From contig CBDCJO010000002.1 in NCBI GenBank assembly GCA_965217865.1, positions 3,712,001-3,776,000 on the forward strand: 64,000 nucleotides of DNA, in the 5' to 3' direction. The DNA is from Candidatus Latescibacterota bacterium. Lineage in GTDB: Bacteria > Latescibacterota > UBA2968 > SICM01. Shown here in pieces: positions 1 to 10,374 of the stretch. Positions within the stretch are counted from its first letter, which is position 1, and every line of letters begins with the position of its first letter. The position numbers and the translations under genes are program-made. A model generated the notes under the pieces. The model did not search any database and had not been told where the DNA came from. It saw only the letters and a list, made by a program, of their open reading frames with translations.

Positions 1-294
1 CTGACACTGCCTGCCCAGCATCGCCTTCAGGTACTGAGCCACTGATGGGTGCGCCACCATCGGGTTGGCCAGCTCGGGCTCCTGTTCGAGCAGGTGGTTG
101 AAGTAGACATTGCCGACTTGGTTGAAACCATCCCATTCCTTTTCCTCGTACTTCCGCAGCAGGCATTCGCGCCAGGACAGCACGACATCCTCTTTCAGAG
201 CGTCTCGAACCAGCAAGAATCCGTGTCGGTCCAGGGCGTCGAGCTGATCCTCCAGCTCGACAATCTCGTCAGTATCGGCGATCATTTCCATCAT
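1..294 (-). CDS. Phytanoyl-CoA dioxygenase (PhyH)-family protein, N-terminal part (runs off window)
   Basis: Manual translation MMEMIADTDEIVELEDQLDALDRHGFLLVRDAL...LANPMVAHPSVAQYLKAMLG; GGGAGG RBS upstream; follows the heparinase gene on the same strand. Confidence 0.55.
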   Translation of the reverse strand, partial: MMEMIADTDEIVELEDQLDALDRHGFLLVRDALKEDVVLSWRECLLRKYEEKEWDGFNQVGNVYFNHLLEQEPELANPMVAHPSVAQYLKAMLGRQCQ

Positions 295-347
295 GTCCCC
301 TCCCTTTCGTTGCGCCCCCAAGCTATCACGCTGAGCGGACTGCTTCT

Positions 348-2606
348 TCACCCATACCTCCGGATGACTTCCTTCACCTGTGTCGTCCCCTCAGCGTCCT
401 TCCGCACCAAAAGTCCTAGTCCCTCGAAAGCCATCCCCTCCCATTCCCAGCACCCCTCCCTCGCCGGCGCGCAGTAGATGTCCTGCCTGCCATCCGGCAA
501 AATCACATGCATCCAGCCGCTACCAGGATGGCCCAGCGCTTCGACCTGGGGAATTGCCGTTTCATTGCTTCGCAGGGGCCAGATCACCGTCTGAATAAGA
601 GCAGGGGGTGCACCGAGCTGACGATAGACCACACAGGGAGCCGGTACCGGCCGCACACCCCCACCGCAGTACCAGCCCTGCAGTTCCGGTTCGGGCCGTC
701 CTTCGACGGCTTCCAATTCCAGCCCCTCGACCACCGCGGGGATGAGCGCCAGGTTGGGTTCTCCGAACGTGGTGGTACGCGCGGTCTTGGCAGCGGAGTC
801 CACCTCGATTTCCACCGGCACAAAGTGGAAAAGTGACTCGTAGGTGTGCCTTCCATTGCCGGTGAAGCGATCTGTTACCATCCAGTATGAGTAATCGCCG
901 GGTTCCCGAGCTTTGACGAAGAGGACGCTGCGGTGATGCTGCACCGAGTGGTTGATCTCCCCCTGCCACGGGTCCGGTGCGAATACCGACGACATCGGTT
1001 CGGCGTAGTGCCCGGTGCCGTAGCCCTCTTCGTATGAACCGGCCAGGTAGTCGCACACCGGCGTACTCCACCAGGGATTGTCCAGCGGTCCATCGGTGGT
1101 AGAGGGACCGGTAACCAGCCGCATCTGGCTGAGTCCATCTACGATGGCGCTGTTGTGGCCTACTGTGTGGCCGAAAAAGCGGTACCAGGGCAATTCGTGT
1201 GCCTCGCGGGAATAGCTGTGGATGCCCAGGTCCTCCATCAAGGAGCGGCCGTAGGCGACCACTTCGACGGCCAGCTTCCCTTCGTGGGCGTGTAGCACAC
1301 CCAAGGGTCCCACATCGAAAAACAGGTAATTGGCCTCCCGGCTCCAGTCGGAGCGCATCACCCCCACCCCGCCATAGGGGAAATAGACGGAGCATCGAGA
1401 GGGTGGGGTACCACGCTCCCCGCCGCTGGCGATGTACTCCATGTCCCGGCTTTTTTCGAGACCGGCCACGGAGCGGACGAAGTTGAACGGGAAACCCCGC
1501 TGACCGTCGCCCGTCCACACACAACTGCCGTCCGGCTTGGCGATGTAGGCAAGGAATTCGGCACGCTTGACAAGGGCGGGGCGGAGATGGTCGGGAACGG
1601 GATAGCCGTTTTCGCGCGCCAGGCGCAATCCTTTCGCCCCGTTGGTAGAGGCTCCGATGACGTAACCATACGAATTCTCCTTGGTGGAGCCGTCCGGATA
1701 GGCTGCCGCCTCTCCGAAATATTGGCCGATCTGGTTTAAGCCGCGTCGGCGCCAGTGGGAAGCGCGCTTACACTCCGGCATACCCACGCCCAGCCATAGA
1801 AATCCCAGACCGTTATAGAGCAATTGGTTGCCCTGTGCCCCTTCCACGGGCTCCATCGACGCGGCACAACCGTCGACGAGCCAGCCGTACATGGCGCAGA
1901 AGTCGTTGGCATCGAGGTTCTCCCAGGAGAGGATGAAGGGCAGCATCTGCAGGTAGTTGACGGTCAATTGCAAATCCGGTATCCAGATCCAATCGCTGCG
2001 GTGGTTTACGTAGCGCACGTAGTGGGCGGCTATTTGGACCAGCTTGGCTATGTATTTCTCCTCGCCCGTCAACCAGTAGGTCTGGACCAGCGCCCGAAAA
2101 TAGTACTGGTAGGGCAGGCTCAACGTCCACCTCCGCCCGGTACCCGAAGCGGGCGGCACGTGCTCCCAGTTCCAGTCCTGCCCCAGATCCTGGACGCCGT
2201 CTTCAGGCGAGTAGGGCAGGAAGACCTTGTTCTCCAGGACCAGGTCGGCCAGATCCACGACCGTGTAATCCGAGGCCATGAGCCCCTGGGTACGGGTGTG
2301 AGTATATCCCTTGGCGCGGCTGATCAATGGCTTGACCTTGCCGCGATCCTTCCAGGTGATAACTTTGGGATGCTCTGTGAGAAAATCGAACATCGACGTA
2401 TTGCGCTCGAAGTCCTCTCCTTCGCCGAAGTGCCAGTCCAATTTAGGCTGAATGCGGGCCCTGTGATAATCCAGATAGGCCACCTCGGCAGCGGCGATAT
2501 TTCCTGCCTCGACCGCGTCATTTACCTTTTCCAGGCCGGAATATTCCAGGTCCAATCGTTCGAATAGCGACTTATTGTCGTGACAGCGCTTTTCATTTAA
2601 TGACAT
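348..2606 (-). CDS. Heparinase II/III family polysaccharide lyase
   Basis: Motifs YPDGSTKENSYGY, GVMRSDW, FDVGPLGVLHAHEGKL, HNSAIVDG; likely start MSLNEK at 2606 because the upstream ORF extension lies inside the IS end. Confidence 0.85.
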   Translation of the reverse strand: MSLNEKRCHDNKSLFERLDLEYSGLEKVNDAVEAGNIAAAEVAYLDYHRARIQPKLDWHFGEGEDFERNTSMFDFLTEHPKVITWKDRGKVKPLISRAKGYTHTRTQGLMASDYTVVDLADLVLENKVFLPYSPEDGVQDLGQDWNWEHVPPASGTGRRWTLSLPYQYYFRALVQTYWLTGEEKYIAKLVQIAAHYVRYVNHRSDWIWIPDLQLTVNYLQMLPFILSWENLDANDFCAMYGWLVDGCAASMEPVEGAQGNQLLYNGLGFLWLGVGMPECKRASHWRRRGLNQIGQYFGEAAAYPDGSTKENSYGYVIGASTNGAKGLRLARENGYPVPDHLRPALVKRAEFLAYIAKPDGSCVWTGDGQRGFPFNFVRSVAGLEKSRDMEYIASGGERGTPPSRCSVYFPYGGVGVMRSDWSREANYLFFDVGPLGVLHAHEGKLAVEVVAYGRSLMEDLGIHSYSREAHELPWYRFFGHTVGHNSAIVDGLSQMRLVTGPSTTDGPLDNPWWSTPVCDYLAGSYEEGYGTGHYAEPMSSVFAPDPWQGEINHSVQHHRSVLFVKAREPGDYSYWMVTDRFTGNGRHTYESLFHFVPVEIEVDSAAKTARTTTFGEPNLALIPAVVEGLELEAVEGRPEPELQGWYCGGGVRPVPAPCVVYRQLGAPPALIQTVIWPLRSNETAIPQVEALGHPGSGWMHVILPDGRQDIYCAPAREGCWEWEGMAFEGLGLLVRKDAEGTTQVKEVIRRYG

Positions 2607-2678
2607 ATCATTCAATGGCAGCAGGCTGTATCTATTCTGAGATAACAAGAGAAAAGCAGATAAAGGTCCAAGCAAGAT

Positions 2679-3660
2679 TCAGGCAGCCTTGTGGATGGTC
2701 TGGGATGTTCTTTGCCGATTGATTTCTATGCGGCGCTGCCGAGCCTCCTCCTTTCGACCTTGTCGGTGGTGAAGAATCTTTTGATGCTGGCCTTTATGCC
2801 TCTGAAGAGGCGTGACATACTGTATTGCCCCGTGATAGCGTTCGGCGTTGTAGCTGTGAATGAAGGAATCAATCAGGCCTTCCAGTTGATGGAATGTGAA
2901 GATGTCCTGGAAGCGCAGCCAGTCGTATTTGAATGTCCGGAAAAAGGCTTCGATCCAGGCGTTGTCCGTGGGTGTTTGATATCGGGCAAACAGCTGCGAG
3001 ATGCCCAGGTCCTTGAAGAATTGGGCCATCGATTTGGCCTTCATCTGAGATCCGTGATCTGAGAGGGCTGTCAAGCTTATGGGCCCAGTGTCCAGCAGTC
3101 CTTCGTTGGCAAGGGCTTGATCCCAGGCCTGTTTGACCTGCTCCACGGTCGCGTTGAAGGAGAGCTTCCATCCTACGATCTTCCTGGAATACACGTCGAG
3201 AATGGCGGTAAAATACAGGAACAAACCGAAAAATGGGATGTAGGTCAGGTCCCAGCTCCAGACCTGATTAGGACCTTCAGGTTTGACCTGGGGCTTGCTC
3301 TGCTTGACCGGCGTCCTCACCTGTTTCCTGCGTGCCAGACGTTCTTTCCTGGCCTGTCGGTAGAAGCTGGAGGCCGAGGCCTGCACTACCCCCTTCTCTG
3401 AGGCTACCACCGCCAGCTGATGGGGAGGCAGATCGGCATAGGTCTCATCCGTGTGGGGCCTCATCAGGGGCGGGCCCGGGCTTCCCATCCAAAAGCGGGT
3501 CCGACACCCCATCCAGCTTCTCTTCTCGATCTCGCCGGCTCCAGGCACAATACCGCTGGAGGGGAAGCTGTAGGATCTCGCAAGAACGGGTGAGTTTCAC
3601 CCCTTTCTCCTTGGCCCGATGGACCATTAAGAGGATCTCGCGTTTGACCTCAGCTTGCAC
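2679..3660 (-). pseudogene. IS3 OrfB DDE integrase, frameshifted by a 44-bp deletion
   Basis: PNQVWSWDLTY, SDHGSQ, DNAWIEAFFRTFK; frame broken near 3450 relative to copy 2. Confidence 0.85.
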
Positions 3661-3683
3661 CCGGTGGCCCTTGATCGGGCCTG

Positions 3684-4019
3684 TCAGATCCCATTCACAC
3701 TTTTTTTTAGCAGGGAAAGTTCCACAGATTGCTCAATGATCGTTTGCTCCAGGCGTGCCCGCTCTTTGCGCAGCTGCTCCACCTCCTCAGCCGATACCAT
3801 CGGCTTGCGGCTCCGGCGACCCTTGAACTCCTTGAGGGCCCCGGACTTGACCGACTCACGAATACGCTTTAGATCCGAGGAATGAATGCCCCATTTCCGC
3901 AGCACCTGTGCAATGGGAACATCTCCCCGGCTGGCTTCAAGGAAAATCTCATACTTCTGTTCCGGGGACAAGCTCCTGCGCTTCTTGACCGGGTCACTGT
4001 TTGAGGACAGTTGCTCCAT
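3684..4019 (-). CDS. IS3 OrfA HTH protein
   Basis: HTH plus C-terminal coiled coil; identical protein at 27206-27541. Confidence 0.85.
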   Translation of the reverse strand: MEQLSSNSDPVKKRRSLSPEQKYEIFLEASRGDVPIAQVLRKWGIHSSDLKRIRESVKSGALKEFKGRRSRKPMVSAEEVEQLRKERARLEQTIIEQSVELSLLKKSVNGI

Positions 4020-4270
4020 CTTTACTCCTCCTGTGAGGTCAGGGATATCCCAAAATATGTATCCCTTCTCAACCCTACAGGCAACCAGGATCTTGCTTCG
4101 ACCTTGCCCCCATTTTTTCGGGCGATCTCAGACAAAAGATAGGATCCGTTCGTCCTCGCTGCCGCCTTCGCCCGTTCGTAGGCCCCCTTCAATGTGGTGC
4201 GATAAGCCTCTCCCCCCTTGCGCTCTTGCGCTTGATCCCTCAGGGTAGTTCACCGCGATGGATAAGAGCG

Positions 4271-5720
4271 TCATTCCTTCGGATAATCCAACGAATCTCC
4301 GCTTACATCGATTACACAGACCGATATCTTGCGCGCTTCATCTTCAGATAGTGTCGCCTTCAGTTGCTCCCGCAGCTTTTGGGGACTGTACGGGCGGGTG
4401 TCGCGAGGGGGTGGCTGGGTACAGTCTTTGCCGAACCAGAAGACCAGGTAGATCCCATATCCGCTCGTGGCAGGGCCGGTGGTGTACTGCTTGATCAGTT
4501 GGTTTTTGCATGCGCTCCATAGATCTCGGTGATTGTTCTTTTTGACTTCGACCGGCACCTGAAAATCCAGGCATGAAACGCGTATGTCGGCTCGTCTGTC
4601 TTTGGCGTAATGCCCCTCGGGTTGGGCGTCGACTCTTTCCGGAAGGAGTTGTCGCAGATCCGAAAGCATCGCATCCCGGCAGGAGTTCTCGTTTTTCGGG
4701 GAGCAAGGTTTTCCGTTGGAGTCCTCGTTCCAATACGGGCGCCAGTCGTCGGTATTGCCGGTCCGGATCCGGACGGCGGTCTCGCGCAGCCGATCCCTCA
4801 CGAGGGCCGCGAGGTCGCCAGCGTTAGCGGGCGAGCCGCCATTCAACGTCCGGCAGACCTGTCCAATATCGGGATGCCGATAGCCGGAGTCACGGCGAAT
4901 CACTCGTTGGTCATCCGACGCCCTGGACAGCACGTCGCGCCAGCACCGGATTGGCACGAAGGCTGTCCAGCGCGTCGCTCGCGTCTTTGGCGGGAGAAGC
5001 GGCGAGGCGTCGTATCAGTTCGTGGACAAGCCCAGAGGCTTGCATTGCAGGTGTGACCACCCCGTTCGTATCCAGCCACTGATCGGATTCGACGTAGCTT
5101 CCAACGAGGCGGAGGAGGAGTTCCAATACCGGAATCCCCAGCTCATCGAACGAGAACCACACGCGATCTTGAGTGCAAAAGAACGCCGCCAGTTGCAGAA
5201 TCCGGCGCTCACGGCCCTGCACGAAGTCATTCAGAAGGTCCCTGTACACCGCTGGTGAAACGATGACGCCCGCCGCCAACCAATGCACGCGCTGAGCGAC
5301 GTTCATGCTCGTCCGGGACAGTTTCCTTCCGATCACTTCCCGAAACAACGCTCTGTCGGCATGTTGAAGTGCAGCCTGGAGCAGATGATCCAGTGCGTCG
5401 ATATGCTTCAGCTTGCAACGAGTCGGAAAGGCGCGGAGCAACTGCAGGCTCGCGTGCCGAGCGACCTGAGAATGGGCTTGGTCGTGCGCGAGTTCCCAGA
5501 GCTTGTAGATAACCTCGCGGTCACCGCGGAACTCGGTAACGGCGAATTGTACCTGCACATCGGCTACGATCTCGGGACGCGCCTCAAGAAGTCGTCGATA
5601 CCATTCGGGCCGATATCCGCCGTGCGGCGTACAGTAATAGAACGCAATGGCCTTGCGAATCCGGCCGGCGTTCCATCGGGATGCGTCTTCCGGTGCCGTC
5701 CTTTCGACTTCAGCCAAGGT
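4271..5720 (-). pseudogene. C-terminal part of a large NACHT/STAND-type protein with nuclease-like tail; 5'-truncated and frameshifted near 4950
   Basis: YWNED..PKNENSCRDA..DAQPEGHY..RADIRV..VPVEVK..GIYLVFWFG (PD-(D/E)xK-like); fused at ~5720 to a recombinase N-terminus. Confidence 0.6.
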
Positions 5721-5828
5721 CTGCTCGAGTCCCTCATCGGTGGACTTGCGCGTGTAGATGGCGCAGCGGAGGGTCCCGGTTCCATTGGAGGACGATGCCG
5801 GGATGGCCTGAGGAGCGTTTCCGCTCAT
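5720..5828 (-). pseudogene. Large serine recombinase, N-terminal fragment
   Basis: LRCAIYTRKSTDEGLEQ catalytic-Ser motif; start overlaps the DUF2924 stop. Confidence 0.8.
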
Positions 5829-6285
5829 GCGTTTCCCTTTCCGGATCCACGGCTGTGGTTCCGCCTCTTTCCCCGGGTAAGCCCGAAGAAGGCAAAGCCG
5901 TTCCATTGGCTGCCGGTGACCTGCCGGGCGATGGCGGAGAGGGACCGGTAGCGGCGTCCCTCGAACGCGAAGCCGTCATCGAGCACCTGCACCACCAGGT
6001 CGCGGCCCTGGAAGGCGCGCACCAGCAGCGTCCCCGGCAGGGGCAGCCGCCGGTCCCGCGAGGGCGACAGGCGACCGGCCGTCGTCCGCGCCTGCTCCGC
6101 CGCCGTGCCCGGTCCGAGAGGCCGCCCTTGGCCAGGGCCTGCAGACGCCAGGCGATCCGCTTGCGCAGGAACGCCTTGTGGTACGAGCGGGTTTCCTCCC
6201 CGAAGACCTCGAGGTACTTCTCCCGCAGTTCACCCACCGTCATCCGGGAGAGCCCCTGAATCTGTTGAACCGTGCCGGCTTCCAT
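5825..6285 (-). pseudogene. DUF2924-domain protein with internal frameshift
   Basis: LREKYLEVFGEETRSYHKAFLRKRIAWRLQ, then in another frame GFAFEGRRYRSLSAIARQVTGSQWNGFAFFGL. Confidence 0.8.
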
Positions 6286-6524
6286 ACGGAATCCTCCCTT
6301 CCTTTGGGGATATAAAGCCGTTAACCTTTTCAATATGAACGACTTGTGTGGCCGGCATGTCAAGTCGTTTCTGCCCAAACGTCCCAGATTCTTCGGACGG
6401 CTACTCGTTATTGGGTGCTCCCGGAATCAGGGGCGAGACGGCGGCCGTTTCGGAAACGCGGGAAGCCCTGCGCCAGGAGCGAGGCGAGGGAGAGTCTCGT
6501 CGAGCGAGTCAGGAAGGGGGTCGA

Positions 6525-7111
6525 GGTCAGGCTCCAGGGGGATACTCGCCGGAGGAATTTCCGAAACGTCGAAACCGGCCGTCCGGATGCAACCGGGCTG
6601 TTAAACAAGGACGACAGAAAAAACAGAGAATCGGAGAATCCGGAGGAGATATCTCTGCTCAGCGGACGCAACCCCACGGTTGCGCTTGCAATCCCGGGGG
6701 GAGCGCTTCGAAACAGAGAATTTGCAGAGAGGGGGGAAGATGGCATAAGCGTTTGTGAATACGGCAGAAACGACAAGACCTCGAAGGGGTTGCCCCACGG
6801 GGTCTGGCGTTAACGGACGACCGCCGAAGTTGGCGGATGGGAATATGGCTCCCCATATGATCCTTTCCCCGGAACCATTCTCTGTTCGTCAGACGTAACC
6901 TGCTGTATTGAAAGGATATATCGTAATTACGCCCGCACCGTCGAGGCGGAAACCATGTCAAGACGTCAAGACCGATTCCCGTTTTTCCAGTCATATCAGT
7001 CGTTTCTTCCACATTGGGACCGGCTCCCCAACTGCACCCTTTTCCTGACCGCTCACCTTCACGCCAGAGAGAGAAACCTCTTGTATTTGAGGGAGTTGTG
7101 GAACATGGACG
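6525..7111 (+). repeat. Non-coding att-like repeat, copy A
   Basis: Aligns by eye with 11806-12395, 40628-40961, 42020-42458 and 63681-64000; GGCTCCCCA at 6847 and 7022. Confidence 0.9.
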
Positions 7112-7438
7112 CGAATGAAGGGCTCGCCGGTCCCCGCCCAAACGACGTTCGGGTCGGAAGGGGCAACCTCGACCTCGCCCACGGAGTGCACCGGCTGGTC
7201 GTCGAAGACCGGACGCCAGTTCACCCCTCCGTCCTCGGTTTTCCACAGGCCGCCGGAAGCCGCGCCCGCGTAGTAGGTGAATCGGTCGCCAGGAACCCCC
7301 GCCACCGAGGTGATGCGGTTTCCGAGCGGACCGATGTGACGGTACTGCATGGCGGCGAAGGCGGTGGTCGGGACCTGTTGGGCGACGCCCGGCGGGCGGA
7401 TGCGCGGCGAGGGTCAAACAAAGAACCGGGGAACGCAT
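7112..7438 (-). pseudogene. VPS10/sortilin-like glycosyl hydrolase, N-terminal fragment
   Basis: YRHIGPLGNRITSVAGVPGD..YAGAASGGLWKTEDGG..VWAGTGE; cut by repeat A. Confidence 0.8.
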
Positions 7439-7544
7439 TACGCACTTCTCCTTGTGGGGGCGCACACCTGCCTGCGGGGAGCCCGCATACCACGGGAAGA
7501 ATAATGCGAAGACCGGCGGCCCGGCTATCCGACGACCAGTAGGG

Positions 7545-8018
7545 TCAACGAACGTGCGCCGGCGCGGGCTGGGTGACGAAGTCGGGGTGTCCCGCACCGA
7601 CCGCACCGTGCATGAGGCTGAAGGCGACGCCCGTCTGACCCGCCATTTCGCCGTGCAGGTGCCCGCCGAACTCGCCCGGCGTGTCCTGTTCGAACTCGGC
7701 GATCGATTCGTCTTGCACCTCGACCTCTAGGTACAGGTCGTCGTCGATGGGGATCGGGTCTCCTTCATGGTCGACGAAGCGGACGGTGATATGTGGAGTC
7801 TCCTGTCCGACTTCGACCTCCATTTCGCCGGTCCACGTCTGTGTCTCTCCGTCATAGGAAGCGAACACGCTGCCACTCATGACCAGGTGCACTCCCTCGG
7901 GCTCGGCGTGTTCGTCCTCCACTTCCACTCCGGTCATCGTCTCGTTGCAGGCCCCGAGCAGCAGTGCAAAAGCGGCGAGAACGAAAAGCGGTGAGTTCCT
8001 GTAGATCCGTCTATTCAT
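7545..8018 (-). CDS. Acidic His-containing lipoprotein
   Basis: Lipobox LLGAC; DEHAEPEG motif; directly downstream of the TonB receptor. Confidence 0.75.
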   Translation of the reverse strand: MNRRIYRNSPLFVLAAFALLLGACNETMTGVEVEDEHAEPEGVHLVMSGSVFASYDGETQTWTGEMEVEVGQETPHITVRFVDHEGDPIPIDDDLYLEVEVQDESIAEFEQDTPGEFGGHLHGEMAGQTGVAFSLMHGAVGAGHPDFVTQPAPAHVR

Positions 8019-8069
8019 TTGTATTTCTCCTGTGTTGATTCAGCAGAGTCGCGCGCCGGGAGAACATCC

Positions 8070-10322
8070 CTAGAACACGACTCGGTATGTCATACTCAGA
8101 CCCCTCCCGGCCTCGGGCATGATCTCCTTGACCCGGGAGAGGTGGTTGCGGTATTCCGTGTCGGTGGCGTTGTCGAGGCTCACTGTCAGCACGTTCAAGC
8201 GGCCTCCCAGGGTGAGACGAGCGCCCGCCGAAAGATTGAGCACGGCGTACCCGTCGGTCGGTGTTTCGTACTCGCCGATCCGGTCCTGGCGGGCCGCCAC
8301 TTCGGCCTCTGTGCGGACGAACCACGTGGGCCGCTCCCATTTCAAAGCCGTGTGCCCCTTGAGCGGAGGAACAAGTGGGAGGGGTTGTTCGGTGTCCTCG
8401 AGGCTCCCTCTCACCGAGGACGCCACCGCCTCGAGGGCCAGGCCCCACCCAACGTCCACGTCCACCGTGGCTTCGAAGCCGCTGAACAGGGCATCGTTGC
8501 CCCGGTACTGGTAGATGGGAAGGAGCACGCGGCTGAGCCGACCCGTGTCCTCCCCGTAGACGTAGTCCCTGATATCGTTGTAGAAGCCGGTCACTTCGCC
8601 CCTCAGCCGGTCCGACTCGAAGCGGAGGAAGACGTCGAGCCCCCTCCCGATCTCACCCTCCAGAGACGGGTTTCCGACTTCGAAGGAGTAAGCCGCCAGG
8701 TGCGGCCCCCCCGAGTAGAGTTCATTGATGTCCGGCGCCCGGTAGGCGTGGACGAAGCTGGCGCCAAGCGTCAGCCCTGAAGCGGCTCTGTACAGTACGC
8801 CAAGCGATCCCGAAAGAGAGTGGAAGCCACGGTCCCGGATATTGCCGATGGCCGAATCCCGCTCGTCCTGCAGCGGATCGGCCCCCGTCCAGTCGTACCG
8901 CAATCCCCACTCGATCTGGGTGGAGCCGAGATCGACCTCTTCCATGAAGTACAGCGAAGCTCTGCTGCGACGTGTGTCCGGCGTGTACAGACCACTGCCG
9001 TACTCGAAGTCCTCCCACGACAGACGGGCTCCAAGCGCGCCCGCAGAGAAGGGTCCCCACCTCCCGTGCCGGCCAAGAACGTCGCCGCTGGCGGCTTGCA
9101 GGACGTAGAGAGTGCCCAGAATGTCAGGCGGCTCGATCTCCCTGTGCTCATACCATGTATGGGTTGCATCGACGCGGATATCCCGGAAGAAACCGGCAGG
9201 TTTCTCGACTACGGCTCGGAATTTCGAGGCGACGCGCTGCATCTCGATGCGCACCCCGTCCTCGTGCCCCCCGACGAAGCCACCGGGTATGCCGTAGTCA
9301 TTCCGATACCCACGGAAGGACGCCCCCAGATGACCCCAGTCCGCGACATAGGCCGACCCCGCTCCGCCGCTCCACATTTCACCGTCGGTGTTGAGCAGCG
9401 TTCCCACGGGCGTCTTCAGATGTCCCCCCGTCCGCGTGGCCACTTCCACGCGCAGCGGCACCTGCGCCGCCACCGGGAAGACCGCCGTCGCGCTGCCACC
9501 TAACGAACCCGTCACGGTCTGGCCCTGCAGGGTCGCCGATCCCGTCACATGGTGCGGCACCGCCGACGGGATCTCGTCGCGGATGACATTGATGACGCCT
9601 CCCAGCGCGTTGCCCCCGTAGAGCAGCGCACCCGGACCCCGCACCACTTCTATCCGCTGCGCCGACGCGGGGTCGAGGCCCGTCGTGTGATCGGTGCCCG
9701 AATTGGAGGCATCTCCCACCCGCGTCCCGTCTTCCAGCACGAGCACCCGGTCGCCACTCAGCCCACGTACCACCGGTTGCGAGACTGTCGGGCCCATGCT
9801 CGTGACGGCCATCCCCGGCATCGAAGCCAAGGTCGCCGCGATCGTCCCTGCCATTCGGCGCTGCAATTCATCACCGGCCATGACGCTCACCGGGCGCAGC
9901 GCTTCCCCGGCGCCCCGTTCGCTGAGGGTCGACGTGACCACCATGCCCTGAAGCGCGATCGGTGACGTGATCATTGCGATGACCACCACCGCGGACTCGT
10001 CGCCCACCGCGACTTCGGTGGTGGAGCTCCGGTAGCCGAGCCGTTCGACCCGCAGGGAGTAGCTCCCCGCGGCGATGCCGGTCAGGTGGAAGGTTCCGTC
10101 ACCGTGGGTGACCGCCATCGTTCCCCTGCCAACCACCGAGACCAACGCTCCGGCAAGAGGGTTGCCGCTCTCCGCGTCGCGCACCACGCCCTCGATTTCG
10201 CCTTCGTGCTCCGGCACCTGCGCTGACGCGGGCGCCGACAACACGGAGAGCCCGGCGACCGCCGCGACGATGCCGGTGCGGAAGAACGCAAGCAGGGTCT
10301 TTTTCACAGGATGCCGTTTCAC
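8070..10322 (-). CDS. TonB-dependent receptor with N-terminal carboxypeptidase-regulatory-like domain (ZnuD-like)
   Basis: Signal peptide, plug PVVRGLSGDRV..RIEVVRGPGALLYG, C-terminal F. Confidence 0.9.
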   Translation of the reverse strand: MKRHPVKKTLLAFFRTGIVAAVAGLSVLSAPASAQVPEHEGEIEGVVRDAESGNPLAGALVSVVGRGTMAVTHGDGTFHLTGIAAGSYSLRVERLGYRSSTTEVAVGDESAVVVIAMITSPIALQGMVVTSTLSERGAGEALRPVSVMAGDELQRRMAGTIAATLASMPGMAVTSMGPTVSQPVVRGLSGDRVLVLEDGTRVGDASNSGTDHTTGLDPASAQRIEVVRGPGALLYGGNALGGVINVIRDEIPSAVPHHVTGSATLQGQTVTGSLGGSATAVFPVAAQVPLRVEVATRTGGHLKTPVGTLLNTDGEMWSGGAGSAYVADWGHLGASFRGYRNDYGIPGGFVGGHEDGVRIEMQRVASKFRAVVEKPAGFFRDIRVDATHTWYEHREIEPPDILGTLYVLQAASGDVLGRHGRWGPFSAGALGARLSWEDFEYGSGLYTPDTRRSRASLYFMEEVDLGSTQIEWGLRYDWTGADPLQDERDSAIGNIRDRGFHSLSGSLGVLYRAASGLTLGASFVHAYRAPDINELYSGGPHLAAYSFEVGNPSLEGEIGRGLDVFLRFESDRLRGEVTGFYNDIRDYVYGEDTGRLSRVLLPIYQYRGNDALFSGFEATVDVDVGWGLALEAVASSVRGSLEDTEQPLPLVPPLKGHTALKWERPTWFVRTEAEVAARQDRIGEYETPTDGYAVLNLSAGARLTLGGRLNVLTVSLDNATDTEYRNHLSRVKEIMPEAGRGLSMTYRVVF

Positions 10323-10374
10323 TTAAGGACGCCGATACACGGGTACGCGCCACACAGAGGTCAGGGTGACGACC

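Larger units (their letters stand above)
2627..4141 (-). mobile_element. IS3-family element, copy 1 (defective)
   Basis: Begins TGTATCTATTCTGAGAT, ends ATCTCAGACAAAAGATA; near-identical to 26099-27663 except 44-bp and 6-bp deletions and a few SNPs. Confidence 0.9.

Noticed and set aside
6840-6880. tRNA gene at the GGGGAGCCA core
   Set aside because: No T-loop (GTTCGA), anticodon or D arm; only an acceptor-end-like motif.
6272-7606. ORFs spanning the att-like repeats (e.g. 6659-7606, 11529-11985, 42035-42622, 63442-63933)
   Set aside because: Frames are not preserved between copies and no motifs are recognisable; treated as spurious.
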